Positions 13,131 to 28,125 of a stretch of DNA of 64,000 nucleotides are shown here, piece by piece. Origin of the DNA: the human T2T-CHM13v2.0 reference genome, Homo sapiens. The stretch lies in NCBI RefSeq assembly GCF_009914755.1, contig NC_060929.1. One strand, written 5' to 3'. The position numbers and the translations under genes were made by a program. Each line of letters starts with the position of its first letter. The first letter of the stretch is position 1. The notes beneath the pieces were generated by a model. It ran no database searches and had not been told where the DNA came from. It saw nothing but the letters and a program-made list of their open reading frames with translations.

Positions 13131-13464
13131 AATTATTATATATATGTATATATGTTTTAAAATGGTATTGTTATCTAGTCTCCTGCTCTCGATAAGTAGC
13201 CACATTTTTACTTTGAGGAAATATTATTGGTAAAATTTCAAAAGAGAGAAAGTTCAGGATGTATGGGGAAGTGGCCAGTCTCAGTTTGGCCAGAGTTTGG
13301 GATCTGTGTAGAGAAGTCCTGAAATATAAGAGATAAACCTGGTAGGGTCAATTAAGGCGAAGCTTGAAGAATTAAACTTTTTTGAAGAATTTTAGCTTAT
13401 CAAGCTAAAAAGTCTGCATGTAACAGATACAGAAAGGTAGTAGGGGGTGGTGTGTTGTTTAAAA

Positions 13465-13670
13465 GGGAGTTCTGGAGGCAAAGTACCTGGGTTCTCACTC
13501 AGCTCCACTATTTACTGCTACATAACCTTGGGCAAATTATGTAATCTCTGCCTCAGTTTCCTCATTTACAGTGAGATTATAAACATAGGCTTATTTTGAG
13601 CATTATGAGATATTACATATTCATTAGTAGCTGAAAGCTTGGCAAAGCATTAAATCAATGGTAACTATTA
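13465..13670 (+). mobile_element. MIR
   Basis: acctgggttctcactcagctccacta...accttgggcaaatta...gcctcagtttcctcattt. Confidence 0.75.
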
Positions 13671-14149
13671 TTATCTGAACAGAACTAAATAGTTGATTTA
13701 AAAGTAGCAGAAACAATAGACAACCTTTTCAATGCTATTATATAACTAAAATGGACATGCTGATGAATTTTGAGCAAGGCAGCAATAAAAAGTGACATTT
13801 TAAACCTACTCTTCAGTCTCCAAAGATGTGGCTTTTCTTCAGGAGTTTCCTGACCATTTACGCAGTCACCTTCTGACTGGAGGTAACCGTAAGAATTTCT
13901 ATGCAAAGTGGAAGGTTCAGATGCAATTTATATATACAGGCATGCCAATGGCAGCTTATAGTTCATGATACATCAGTATAGTATATGTAGTAAATCTATT
14001 CTTGAAAAGTTAGGTGTTCATTAGTTTTTCATAAGTTGAATATCTTCAGCATATGAAGAAGTCTTTCTTTTGAAAAATACTATCATTAATTAATGTTTAA
14101 AATGTAAAGGAGACAACCATCCCATTTATCATCTTTCCTTCTTTTTCCT

Positions 14150-14452
14150 ACATCTTTATTAAAGTATAATTAACAAATAAAAACTGTGTATATTTAAGGA
14201 GTGCAATGTGATGTTTTGATATGTTTATTTGTGAAATGATTACCAAAATCAAGGTAATTAACATATTCATTGCTTCACATAGTTATTATAAAATATTTTA
14301 TGTGTTTGTACATGGTGAGAATATTACAGATCTCTTAGCAAATTTCAAGTATACAATATGGTATTATTAACTACAGCCAGCGTGCTGTATATTAGATCTC
14401 CAGAACTGATTCACCCAGCATATAACTGAAATTGTTTACCCTTTGACCAACA
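14150..14452 (-). mobile_element. L1MA (late, MA8-10-like) 3' end
   Basis: ctttattaaagtataattaacaaataaaaactgtgtatatttaagg...ccctttgaccaaca. Confidence 0.8.
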
Positions 14453-16321
14453 ATAAAATCCAAGTGTTCATTTATTTGGATGAGTATAAATCTGAGTAAA
14501 TAGTACTTACTAAATAGCCCATGTCTGGGGCTATCTAAAACCAAAGCAGAGTTAATCTTGATTTCTTTTCCTTTTCAGGAAATCCACAAATATTTCAATC
14601 TGCCATTATTAATTTTCAGTGTGTCACTTTTCTTTCGATGCAAACATTTGACAGGTGGCCTTAGCACTTTTCATGAGAACTCAAAGTAGATGAATAATAA
14701 ATAGAAATGTCACTTCCCTAGAAAAACTCAAAGAGCCAAAAGTGTTCACCTTTGAATAGTACAGGCTAGGGTGACAATTGGCATCTGCAGTCTCACAGGT
14801 GAATTTTTTTTTTTTTTCAGTAGGGGTTCAACCAGATCACTAAGAATCATTCCATTGAGTTAGTTGGATTTCAGGAAGATAATGAGGCTCATGTCAGAAA
14901 ACCTTAATGGAACATTTTGCTGGAAAAAACTGTGCAACTAGATTATGTACATCAGAGAAGCCTTGAGATGGACGCTGGTGTCAGGAAAGTTTCATCTCTC
15001 TCTAATTATCTTTAACTCAGTAATTAGAGCCTGGCTCTATCACATCACAGCTTAGAGGAGGGTTGTTTTTTTTTCTCTCATCTTGCCTTTTTTTTTTTTT
15101 CTCCTTCTCCCCTTTGTCTCTTTTCCCTTTTCACTGTGAATTGATTGCTTTAAAATCAGTAGCTCTTTTGGATTTCCATGACCTATTGTTTGAAGCCAGA
15201 CCTGCTTGGAGCCATTTCTAATTCTCTTAATAAAGTGAGTAGTGTTAAAAATATTATAATTTAGATATATCCATATGGAAAGGGATCACCAACTACATTT
15301 AGAATATTTTATGCTTCTCCCAAATGAAGCCCCCTTTCGTTGTCATATTTATCCCCAGGCCAACATGTTGTCTTTTCCCTAGCCCACCACTTGCAGGTAG
15401 ATACACATCTACCTGAATTACATATTTATATAGTGCATAATTATAAATTACAGATAGATATCCCATGTATCACTTTTCATTTAGTCATGTAATATTGGAA
15501 TCTGGGCTTCCATAAAATATCTTCTATTATGAAAATTCTCAAGTATATATAAAAATTGAGAGTGTAGCATAATGAACCTCATAGACTTATCACAGGCTAT
15601 GATGTTTCCTGTGTTCTTGTATCTTCATGATGCCAAGAATTGTTACTAGCACAGAGCAGATGCTTTATTCTGTTTTCTCACCAAGCTGATAGCTTATTTA
15701 TCAAACATATTCCTTCTTCAAATATAAGGACTAGCTTTGTGTAACTTTACTACTTGGATCCCTCTTTTTTGGGGGTTCAGAAATAAACTTGGTGCAGACA
15801 TGTGTCTATAGAAAATAACGGAATCATTTAAAGAAAAAGAATACCGTTTTGGGCACCTTTCTGTATTTTTTTAAAGATGTTTTACCTGTTTAGTGGAGAG
15901 AGACTTAAAAGAAGCATTTTTCCTCTCCTGAAGTGTGTCTTTTATTACAAATTGAAATTGTGATTGAAGGTACTTAACCCTGAAGGAATAAATGCCTCCA
16001 AAAGAGAGAAAAAATACATATACCTAGACCAAATTAAGTGCTAATAAAATCTGAAACCATGTTTTATACTTAAACTTTAAAAAATATGTTTTTCATATAA
16101 AAGTTTTTAGATATTTTTCCAGGGGTAAAAAATAAAAGGTTGTTGTCAGCTATATTTTTACTAAATCACTATCATGTTGACTCCCGCATGGGACTTGGGA
16201 AAGAAGTAGGCAGCTGATTATGAGTGTCTCTAGGGTAACAATTTGTTGTCTCCTGACCCGTGTATCTAAGGCCTGGATAGGTCTTTGGAGAAAACCAATC
16301 TGGTTGGCAAATGCATATTCT

Positions 16322-16569
16322 TTTTTTTTTTAATTTATTTTTATTTTTTTTGAGACGGAGTCTCGCTCTGTCGCCCAGGCTGTCGTGCAGTGGCGCGATC
16401 TCCGCTCACTGGAAGCTCCACCCCCGGGTTCATGCCATTCTCCTGCCTCAGCCTCCTGAGTAGTGGGGACTACAGGTGCCTGCCACCAAGCCCAGCTAAT
16501 TTTTTTTTTTTGTTTTTTTAGTTAGAGATGGGGTTTCACAGTGTTTGCCAGGATGGTCTTGATCTCCTG
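16322..16569 (-). mobile_element. 5'-truncated AluY
   Basis: AluY-type aagctcc and gccattctcc; stops at gatctcctg; TSD tggcaaatgcatattct at 16305-16321 and 16568-16584. Confidence 0.92.
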
Positions 16570-16679
16570 GCAAATGCATATTCTAACACTCATTGCATTA
16601 TCTGGGAAACAGTTTCCTTGCATTTGAGAATAAGCTGATCACCCAACCAGAAGACCTTCTTCTTCCCTTTTTGAAATAT

Positions 16680-17850
<1,171 letters not shown>

Positions 17851-19619
17851 CCTGTCTAATTTTTGATATTGAGTAAAAGGCCAAAGTGCCTTTGACTTTG
17901 AAAAAAATTTAGTACCTGGGAGCTCAAAGTGAGTGTAATTCTGAAATTACTTCACTTTGCTCCAGACAATCCAAGGTCATGTAAAACTATCAGCATTTAA
18001 AAAGAAGAAATCCTAACATAATCATCAGATTTTAGAGAAAATAAAACCTTAGAGAATGTCTGATTCTTTTACAGATGATAAAATAGAAATTTGGAGAAAT
18101 TAAGTGACTAGTTGAGATTACCCAACTACTTAAGGGCAAATGCAATTCTAGAAGCAGTGTCCTGGAGCATACTGAGTCACTCAGAGAGACAGTATTAACA
18201 CTTTAAATACCAAGTCAGTACCGTACCTGTGCTTGTTCTCAAAAATTGTACCAGGATGCTTTCAAGTCTTCATTGGATAAAATGAGATTATGACTGTTAC
18301 GTTACTGTTTTCTGGGTTTGAATACAGGCACTTTGGATCTACATACCTTCTTTCTTAAACTAAACTCCTTTCCTCACGAACTGGGCATTGCCTGTGGGAA
18401 TAGATGCAGCATCATTTGGACAAAACAAAAAAGGTGCAACGATGATTCTTTGTACGGATATAAACATCACATTCTACATTCTTTTTCTATTATTTGGAGT
18501 CTAAAACCAAAGAAATTCTTCCACTACTATAAACACTGTGACTTCAGCCAAAATAATTGACGGCTGTTTGCTTCTTTTTTTCCCATTAAAGAAAAAATTT
18601 GCAAAGTCTGTTGCTAAGAGAAAGACGGTCAAAACACCGGTTTAGTGTGACTGTTTGGAGTTTGTCAAACAGAATCACCCATAGGTTAGTTTTTTGGAAC
18701 AAAGAGTAAACATACCCATAAGGTTCATTACTTCTTGTGCTGAATTAAGAAGGACAATATCAAGAAAGACTAGTAGCTGATACCTCCAGAAAGTCCCCAA
18801 GGAGTTTTTTTTGTTTTTTTTTTTTTAATGTTACAGTCTGCCTGACTTCCCCTGGGGCTAGCCCGAGAGGGGTGCCATCTTAATAGCACTACAAAAGCAA
18901 CAAGACATTCTGGAAGATCTAGTAACCAAAATGGGAAGTTTGGGAGCCATTCATCATGTTGCTAAAGGAAAATTATTGTATACCAAAAACTTTAGGACTT
19001 TAATTTTTTTGCAGATTTCAAATATGAGTAATCAGTGTGATTATATATTGGGTAGAGGACAGATCAGATAAGGTATGATCAACATCTTCAATCCAGAATT
19101 TGAAAAGTGGTTTAGTGATATCTTAAAAATCTCCACCCCTTAACTGTCTTTCTGAGAGGGGAGTAGTAAAATCAGAATGTGGAAGGTAAATAATGTGGCA
19201 ATATATTTTTTCTTTTGCAAAGTAATATGTATATCATAATCACCAAGATACTTTTTGTGTATCTCACTTTTTCTACTTTATATTTGAATTACTTATGTAT
19301 GTATCTGTATCCCTACTAACTGGTGAGTTTCTAGAGGGCAGTGATTTGTGCATTGTTTACCTTGATATTTCCCAAAGCACAATACTTTGTACATATTGAA
19401 CAATTGAAATCTAGGACTCATTTTTATTCTAGAACACTCTTGTCACCACTGTAGTAGAACAGTCTCAATTTCACATAAGTGTAAGAGAAAGTTTTTTTGT
19501 AAATGCTCAAGATGGCAAGATCAACCACTTTTGATCTACAAGGTGGGACCAATCTAAGAGCTCTTACAGCTACTGAACCACTAAGAATGACACATTTGTT
19601 TCAGGTTTGCAAATTCTAA

Positions 19620-19982
<363 letters not shown>

Positions 19983-20969
19983 TGTCATAGTTTCTTATTA
20001 GATTCTTGGGGAATCAGCTTATCATAATGAGTAGTGCAGTGTTTGGGATTGATTTCTGGGACAACACAGCATTAACTACCAGTACCACCAAGCTCTAAGA
20101 GTTCAGTAAGACCTAAATTGCCTGAAGCTTTTTCGATAAGTTATAAGGATATTTCTCCCTGGACAATATGTATATCCATTTTAATTCATAGAGCTATAGA
20201 GCTATACCCCAGTCTTTCAATTTCACCAACATTGATACTATTTAAGACTATTTATTGTTGTATGCATCAATAGAATGTGAACCATTTTCTAAGTGCAAAA
20301 AGACACCATGCTAAGTCCTAGGAATGCTGAAATGAGTAATATCAAGACTATCATAGCAAATTAGATGAAAAGAACATCTATATAAAGACAGTGTCCTACA
20401 TATTCTAAGTCTTTAGTGAGTACCAATGCATTGTAGTTCCTGCTGTCAAAAGATTATTACACTATATATTATTCTACTACATATTATTATTACTAGATAA
20501 TATTTAGAATAGTATAGTAATAATAATCATATATAGTATAATATAGAGTACAGTTATCTAGTAATTATTTATCATGGTATTCAAGTTAGTCTAAATGTAC
20601 CTTAAAAAGTGAATGTATAAAAGTTGCTAACAGGCTTTGTGCTTAACGATCTTTTGTTCAGCTGAAGAGACAATGTTTAGTGTGGTTAAATATATAACCA
20701 AAGTGTAGTGTGATTAAAACATGACATAACACAAGAGATGATACATGATTGTGTACAGTTGCAATGGAATTTAAGCAGACCTTAAGCACAATATGCACAT
20801 TCAGAACAGGAAGAGATAACAATTAATAAAAGTCATTGGGTTCTTCATTCACTGACATATATACTTTAATTCAAACAGAGGAAAATACAAAAATTGCTCA
20901 TTTCTCTTGAAAACAGTATTTTTTCAGGCTATCTGCTAGTATGTTATTTTTATAGTTGATCTAATTTCT

Positions 20970-21130
20970 TTTGCACAGCTATATGAATTCAGTGCTATTA
21001 TGTCATTTTATAGATGAGGAAATGGAAACAAGCTTCATTTGCTTACCTGCAGAGAAATGACTCTCAGTAAGTGGTGGAAGTGGACTCATGTGTGTCTGTC
21101 TCAAAATCCTACTTTCTTGCCACACCACAC
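20970..21130 (-). mobile_element. MIR
   Basis: cattttatagatgaggaaatggaa...agtaagtggtggaagtggactc. Confidence 0.6.
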
Positions 21131-21172
21131 TCCTACCTGAAAATTTTTGATGAGCCATAAAAAAAGGGATGA

Positions 21173-21480
21173 GGCCGGGTGCGGTGGCTCACGCCTGTAA
21201 TACCAGCACTTTGGGAGACCGAAGTGGGCAGATCACGAGGTTAGGAGATCGAGACCATCCTGGCTAACACGGTGAAACCCCGTCTCTACTAAAAATACAA
21301 AAAATTAGCCGGGGGTGGTGGCAGGTGCCTGTAGTCCCAGCTACTCAGGAGACTGAGGCAGGAGAATGGGGTGAACCCGAGAGGCGGAGCTTGCAGTTAG
21401 CCGAGATCGCGCCACTGCACTCCAGGCTGGATGACAGAGCGAGACTCCATCTCAAAAAAAAAAAAAAAAAAAAAAAAAAA
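21173..21480 (+). mobile_element. AluY, full length with pure A tail
   Basis: gagatcgagaccatcctggctaacacggtg and gcggagcttgcag; TSD (A)n-gggatga on both sides. Confidence 0.95.
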
Positions 21481-23363
21481 GGGATGAAGCATGTCCTTGG
21501 GAAAACAGTCAATGAATGAGCAGATCAGACATGAACATAATGCTACTTGATTAGTATCAAATTGAAATGTTCTTCTAAACACACAGTACATTTTATTTCC
21601 TTTTCAATAGGCCTTGCAGGATTTTGATGCCATTTCTAAATGTATGGCATTCGAAAACAATTACAGAACCAGTACCTGGACTCAAAGATGTGCCCATTTG
21701 CAGACCATGTAGCTGGCTCCCTTTATACAGTCCAAACCTGTCTTCTTTTATTGTACTCAGACGAGTGGCTAAAGAAATGGGTGTTTCCATTTGTTTGGAT
21801 TCATCCTTTCTTTGCAGAGAAAGATATATTTTCTTAGGGCATATTGTAACCTGCTTTGCACTCAGTGGATGCTCAGGAAATGTTTGATGTTGGCTGACTA
21901 GGTGATGGTGATGATACCCTGAATTTCTTTCTTTCAAGTAAAGACCGTCAGGCTCTTTCTTTGACAAACAGATGCAAGTAGGTGACCTGTCAAAAGCTAG
22001 CAAAAACCCTGTGGCCATCAAGAAGCCACTTATTTTAAAATAGTAAACATTTTCTTTATAGTACCTTAGTCTCTGTTTAGGATGCCTTGCCCACAGGAAT
22101 TTAATGGTTCAACCCCGTTCTGTCATGTCATAATGTTCAATACTCTATTGTCAAGGTGATGAATCAAAGAATGGGACAAGAGTTTGCAAATCAGCCCCTA
22201 AGCAGGTTGCATTTCATCTTTCCAGTCTGCATGAAATGAAAGGCATCTCTTAGGATAGTTAGCTCAAAAGCTAAGCAAACTTTGGCATAAAAAAGGGAAA
22301 TAAGAGATAGAGCAATTGTTCTCACTCCATTCATGCAGTTCGTGTATGAGCAGACAAGAAAAAGTCCTGAGAAGTAAGACTGTTTGTGGAAAACCTCTCC
22401 TGTGGCTCCATATGCAGTATTCATGTAACTGGGATTGTGGATATGGTCTAGGATGCACTCAAGAATGAGCTGTCGTGTGCTCATTGACAGCATGCAGGAC
22501 TTGACCTGGAAATAATTAAACTCTGCATGGCCTCTGAGCAGCTAGAAGGGGCCCAGCTGTCTGCTGAGGAAGAAGAGATTTCAAGGGTAAAGTAGTTAAA
22601 GAAAATTCTGAAAGATATGATGGAGAAAGAACACCAAGCTCTGCAGCCTTCTGAAGAAGCAGTTTCCTAGGACAAGTGTCTTGTCTAGATCCATTGAAAG
22701 GGACAAGGAGCTTCAGTCCTCTTCAAGGAAGAGCAAGGCACAGTAAGGCAAATAAATCCTTCCTATTATTTCTGAGAGCAAGTAATAAAGTTGTTTATTG
22801 CTTCCTCCCAAAGAAATAAGAATTATAAGGTCCAAAAAGACATAAATGAAACTATAATGTGAGATTTATGGTCATTTGGGCAGAATCGCAAGTGTATAAT
22901 TGGTGTAGCATGTCGAAAAAGATGGTTGCCTGTTTTTTTTGTTGTTGTTGTTGTTTGTTTTTTTAAAGCTTGGCTTTTGCCTTGACAGTTTTAGCAATTA
23001 ATGTCTTATATTTGAGTCTCTATTTATCTTGCCGAAAGAGACTATTATTCTAATTTTTTTCTGTTATATTGGTATTATTTCTTAAGTAGCTATTAATATC
23101 ATTTTTTATGTAAATGGATATAATTAACTCTATAGGCTGGCAGCTTTCTTTGAAATTTTCTCACTTTTCTCCTTCCTGAGCTTACTTTAATATCTGACTG
23201 TAACTTGTAAATATCTGTCTAGAATTGATGAAACGACCCCAATTGGGTCCCAATTAGCTTAGCAACAGAGGCTGTCATGCTTAAGATTTGAGTATCACTG
23301 ATACAGGCTAAAAATGAACAAATGAAAGAAGGAGCTGTATTTCAGCTCTTTGGGAACAACAAC

Positions 23364-23395
<32 letters not shown>

Positions 23396-24144
23396 AACAG
23401 TTGTAGAGGGAACACCTCCCAGGAAAATACCCTAAAGATTTCCTTTACACAAAGCTGGAACTTTAGGAGAAAAATGTTAAAGGAAAATAATTACCAGATT
23501 AGTATCTTATAAATTTATTTAAAACACTAGATTTACTGAAAGTAGGGGGTTTTCTTAGAAGATTAATTTGAAAAATAATGTGGCAAAGGCACCCCTTAAG
23601 TCACCTCAAATGTGCCTGCACCCTCTCTGCTTCTATAAAAGGGGAGAATTTGACCGAGCATATTACCTCACCCTTTGTTCCTCTCTGCAGCAATTCTTTC
23701 ATCCAGATATTTCAAAGTGTTTTTACAAATGTAAATTAACAAGCCTCATCACCTCTCTCCATAGAGATGGTTCAATTAAGTAACTCAGAAACGTACCTAA
23801 ATGGCTTATTCAAGGTCACCTGAGAAGTCCTCTGTGAAATCTGGAAATGGATATTCAAAGTGTAAAAATTCCTTGCAGTTTCACTGCACATCCGGGCTTA
23901 TTGCAACCCTTGGCAAGTGCCACTGGAGGGACAATTATTTTTCTTCTTTAATCTTTACAGTGAGTCTTTCACCAGTTGGCCTTCTCCCAACCTCATCAAG
24001 TACCCACAACCCATGTACCTGAAGCTTCAGTCCTTTCCTCTTCTCACTTATCTGTCCCAAAAGCTGAATGAGGACAATGACTTTTTTTTTAAAGAATCAT
24101 TTTGATTAAATAAGTACTTCACATACTTATTTTCTCTCAAACTC

Positions 24145-24670
24145 TTCTATTTATCCATTTCATAAATATTTACTGAATACTTCATTTGTTGCCACTCACT
24201 GTGCTAGACACAGGGAGTGCTACAATCATGTTCCTCCCTTTCTGAGAAAGAAAGACAATAAAAAGAAATAGATACCTAGTGGTCAATGCTATGAAGATGG
24301 CAAATGTGGCAGGCTGGATGAGATGGGTAAGAATTAATGGATCGGGGAAGGCCTCTCTAAGCAGGGAACATATGAACCAAGACCTGTAACCTGAAAATAC
24401 ATCAGACTTTTAAAGTACTGAAAGAAGAATGCTCCAGGCAGAGGGAACAGCAAAAGTAAAGACAAGAGCTCGGCTGGGAAAGAACTTGGCCAAAGCCTCA
24501 TGCACCAGGGCAAGGATAGCAGGAGATGAGGCTGCAGAGGAAGGACAAAACTTGTGGGCTATGGGACAAGGTATATAATTCATTGATAAAACAATAATCA
24601 ACCTGTGAAGGGTTTCAAGCAAGGAAATAACATGACTGACCTGATTTATGTTTTAAAACTAGCAAATGGT
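24145..24670 (-). mobile_element. L2
   Basis: ttatccatttcataaatatttactgaatac...atgctccaggcagagggaacagcaaa. Confidence 0.75.
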
Positions 24671-24969
24671 GAAGAATATTCTTGCTCTGCAAACATTTTT
24701 TATCTTTATCTAATATCAGATGATTTATCAGGTTGAACAGGTTTTCCTATACCTTATAACCACTTGAAGAAACATAAGTAGGAAAACTATGTGCTCTTCT
24801 CATTTTAATCCTTTCCACACCAGTTCTTTGAACTCATGAACACAAAACATTGTCTTAAAAGAGAAAGACCTTCCTACTTCTTTGGAGCTGATTTGTTAGT
24901 TTTTATATTACTGATCAGTTAATATTCATGCCCTACTCATTTAGAAATCTTCAGTTTATTTGATTCATC

Positions 24970-25180
24970 TGTCCTCTGTGATCCCAATAGCACAGACCTC
25001 TGTGTGACTCTTATCACTTTATTTTGTCTTCAAGTGGTTCCCTTGCCCTGTCTATCTGTTCATGAGCTCTCTGAGGGCTGGGAACTGCCATACTCACCTT
25101 AGTATTTCCAGACATAATTCAGAGCCAGGTCCAGAGTAGGTGCTGGTGGACACCTTCTAACTGATAGACAGATGAATGAT
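24970..25180 (+). mobile_element. L2 3' end
   Basis: tgagctctctgagggctgggaactg...agagtaggtgct...gatgaatga. Confidence 0.6.
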
Positions 25181-25185
25181 GATGA

Positions 25186-25322
25186 CCTGGTGACTATATA
25201 TAATGGATTTTCCCAAGTCAGGACACATTTGAATGTGAAAATGGGTGCTATTAATGATTATGCCTGGGCAATGGGTATAAAGTTGGGCTGGCCCTGGTGA
25301 ACTGGGACATATGGTCACCTTA
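25186..25322. mobile_element. hAT-Blackjack MITE (MER94-like)
   Basis: About 135 bp bounded by inverted termini ggtgactatat...atatggtcacc. Confidence 0.7.
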
Positions 25323-25917
25323 GTAATCATTATAATGAATTATCAGAAGAATTGTAAACATTCTAATTCTGGAGGCTTTTATAAGACAATATTATTCTAT
25401 TTGTCCAAACTGGTTTACAGCAATAGTTCCCACAGCATGGGAGATGTAATGGTACAGGAGATGTTTGTTGGTGGCAAGGGCATCAAGATTAAATAAAACA
25501 GATTCACATTTTCGTAACTAAATTCTCTGTTTGAGTCTTCTTTATTCTGATTATTATTATAATTATTAAGTCTCAGTGTGGTGCTAAATTACCTTTAACT
25601 CCTCAAACCTCTGCTAATCTTCCTTTTCTATGAACAAATGTTAGAATCGGAGCCTTTGAATAGAAAATGGTATCTGGTTAGAAGTCAATATTATTAGGTT
25701 AATTATAATTATTTTTAGTCTTTCCTTCTTTTCATGGCTAATTATAGTGATTGTCCAGGTAGAATTGGGATATAAAATTCAACATTTAATGAGTTTTTAA
25801 AAATAAGTATTAGAAGATTAAAAAAATGATAAATGTATACAGATTTTGGCAAAACACATGAAGGTCATGTACAAATGACTGCAGTTTGGGAAAGTAGTTC
25901 AGACCAATTATTCCATC

Positions 25918-26292
25918 TGTTTTAGTCAGCCCATGCTGCTTTAAAGAAGACCATAGACTGGGTGGCTTAAAAAACAGACATTTATTTCCCACAGTTCTGG
26001 AAGCTGGGAAGTCCAAGATCAGAGTGCCACCATGACTGGGTTATTGATGAAGGTTCTCATCCTTTCTTGCAGGCAGCTACCTTTTCACTGTATCCTCACA
26101 TGATGAAGAAGAGAGAAAACTCTGGTGTCTTTTCCTGTACTTATAAGGGCATTAATTTCAGCGTGGGGTTCCACCCTCATAAACCTCATCTAAACCTTGT
26201 TACCTCCTCCCAAGAGCTCCATCTCCTAATACCATCACACTGGGGGTTAAAGCTTCAGCATATGAATTTCAAAAAACATTTAGACTGTAACA
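25918..26292 (-). mobile_element. MaLR solo LTR (MLT1A-like)
   Basis: tgttttagtc...ccatagactgggtggcttaaa...cacagttctggaagctgggaagtccaagatc...actgtaaca. Confidence 0.85.
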
Positions 26293-26666
26293 CAAGCCTT
26301 ATTTCTGAATTTTAGCTTTGGGGTCCCCATGTCTTTTGAACATATTCATCTGAAATTAATTTAAATTAAAATAATTTATGTACTTCTATTTACTTTTACA
26401 ATCTTTCTCTGTATAAAGATTATGCATGCTTACTGTTTGTGTATGATCCTGAAAAATACATAACAGAATAAACATGAGAATTTAAATCACACAGTATTAT
26501 AATTCAGGGACAAACACATTTGATATATGAATTTCACGTTTTTCATTTTGTACTTCTAGAAATGTAAGGATTTTGGATCTCTAAATGTTAATACATATGT
26601 AAATTTGGATTTACATAAAATACATAAAAGGGTTGTGGGTTTTCATTAAATTAGAAACAATGAACA

Positions 26667-26979
26667 GGTCAGGAGCTGTGATAGGTCTGGAGTGGTGACT
26701 ATAATCCCAACACTTTGGAGGGCCAAGGTAGGAGGATCTCTTGAGCCCAGGAGTTCGAGTCCAGTCTGAGCAACATAGGAAGACCCCATCTCTAAAAAAA
26801 ACATAGAAAATGTAAAAAGTTAGCTGGGCATGGTGGTGCCCGCCTGTGATTCCAGCCATTCAGGAGGCTGAGATGGGAGGATTGCTTGAGCCTAGGAGGT
26901 CAAGAAGCAGTGAGCTGTGATGGTGCCACTGCACTCCAGCCTGGGTGATACAGTGAGACCCTGTCTCAAACAAACAAAC
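26667..26979 (+). mobile_element. AluJ
   Basis: gaggatctcttgagcccaggagttcg and gggaggattgcttgagcctagg; degenerate TSD agaaacaatgaaca/agaaacgattaaca. Confidence 0.92.
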
Positions 26980-27759
26980 AGAAACGATTAACAATAGGAT
27001 GACTTTAAGTCTCAAACTTTTCCTTGTGTACTTAAAAGTTTAATTTAGTCAAAACTCATATACATGTAATATTTAGCACTAATCACATAATTTAAGGCAC
27101 ATGTTTACTAAAAAAACTCCATACAATTTCAATCAGTTATAATGAGATAAGTGCAACAGAAATGAGTAAATCTTCCTTGGGAAATTTGGCATTTAAACTC
27201 TTGCCAGAGACATATACTTCCTAGCTGTTAGCAATCTTAACTCTCTACTATAGAAGAATAAAACTATAGCAAATTGAGTTGTGTTCTAATTTTCCGTAAA
27301 AGGAAATTGTTCCATTACCTTATCAATCCAACAGTTGTAAGGAGAAAATTATCTACTTATGAGAACTTTACAGGTGTCAGAAATGTGTATTTACATTTTT
27401 TTTTCCAAAACAGAAGGACATTAGCATGGTTTAATATTATTACCTTAATCACAAGCAGGTAAGATAGTTAAAAACAGTGAAAACAAACAGCAAAAATAAC
27501 AACTGCTGCATGCCAGTATAATATCCTGCTTTTCCACTGACACTTTTATTTTCATCTCCCTCTCTAAGGATTTCTTTATTCATAAGGAGAATGACTATAC
27601 CGTCAATTGATTTTATATTATGAGAGTTGTTGGAATAATACGATCTCCTTGTAATACTTTGTCAGAAAACACACTGAAGTTAAGGAAACAACCCAGGATC
27701 TTGAAACAAACTCCTGCCCATGCCTCTGGCTTTATTCAACCTAAATGCTAACAATTTTA

Positions 27760-28125
27760 AAGACTGTAATCTCCAAGAAGACTAGGAATTCACGAAGTTG
27801 GCTGTATCTTCTATGCCCAAAACTGTGCTTGGTTCTTAGAACACTCTTAAATATTGTTGAATGAATGAACCATCATCATAAAAGCTACTATTTAGGAACA
27901 TAAATATATGTCATGTGTGATAATCAAGATGTATTTGAAACTGTCATTTAATATGCCAATTCTAGTCCTGACAGCAATTCTAATCTATGGTTATTACTAT
28001 TTGTATTGTCTCATTGAGAAAACAAGCTCAGAAATATTACGTAATGTGCCAAGTTCGTACAGGGATACTATTAGGAATTCAAAGCTAGATATATCTAATA
28101 TCAGTGCTTCAGCTTTTTTCTCCTA
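27760..28125. mobile_element. L2 3' end (+) followed by MIR (-)
   Basis: agactgtaatctccaagaag...aaatattgttgaatgaatgaa, then attgagaaaacaagctcagaaa. Confidence 0.55.

Noticed and set aside
14805-14823. Poly-T-CAG acceptor-like site (similar one ending at 48180)
   Set aside because: No convincing downstream donor or open frame; likely simple T runs
15394-15415. Perfect 9-bp hairpin caggtagat-acac-atctacctg
   Set aside because: A stem this short can arise by chance in 64 kb and is too small for a pre-miRNA
21593-22590. Overlapping ORFs and splice-like sites in unique DNA
   Set aside because: No recognisable peptide and no consistent acceptor-donor pair with an open frame
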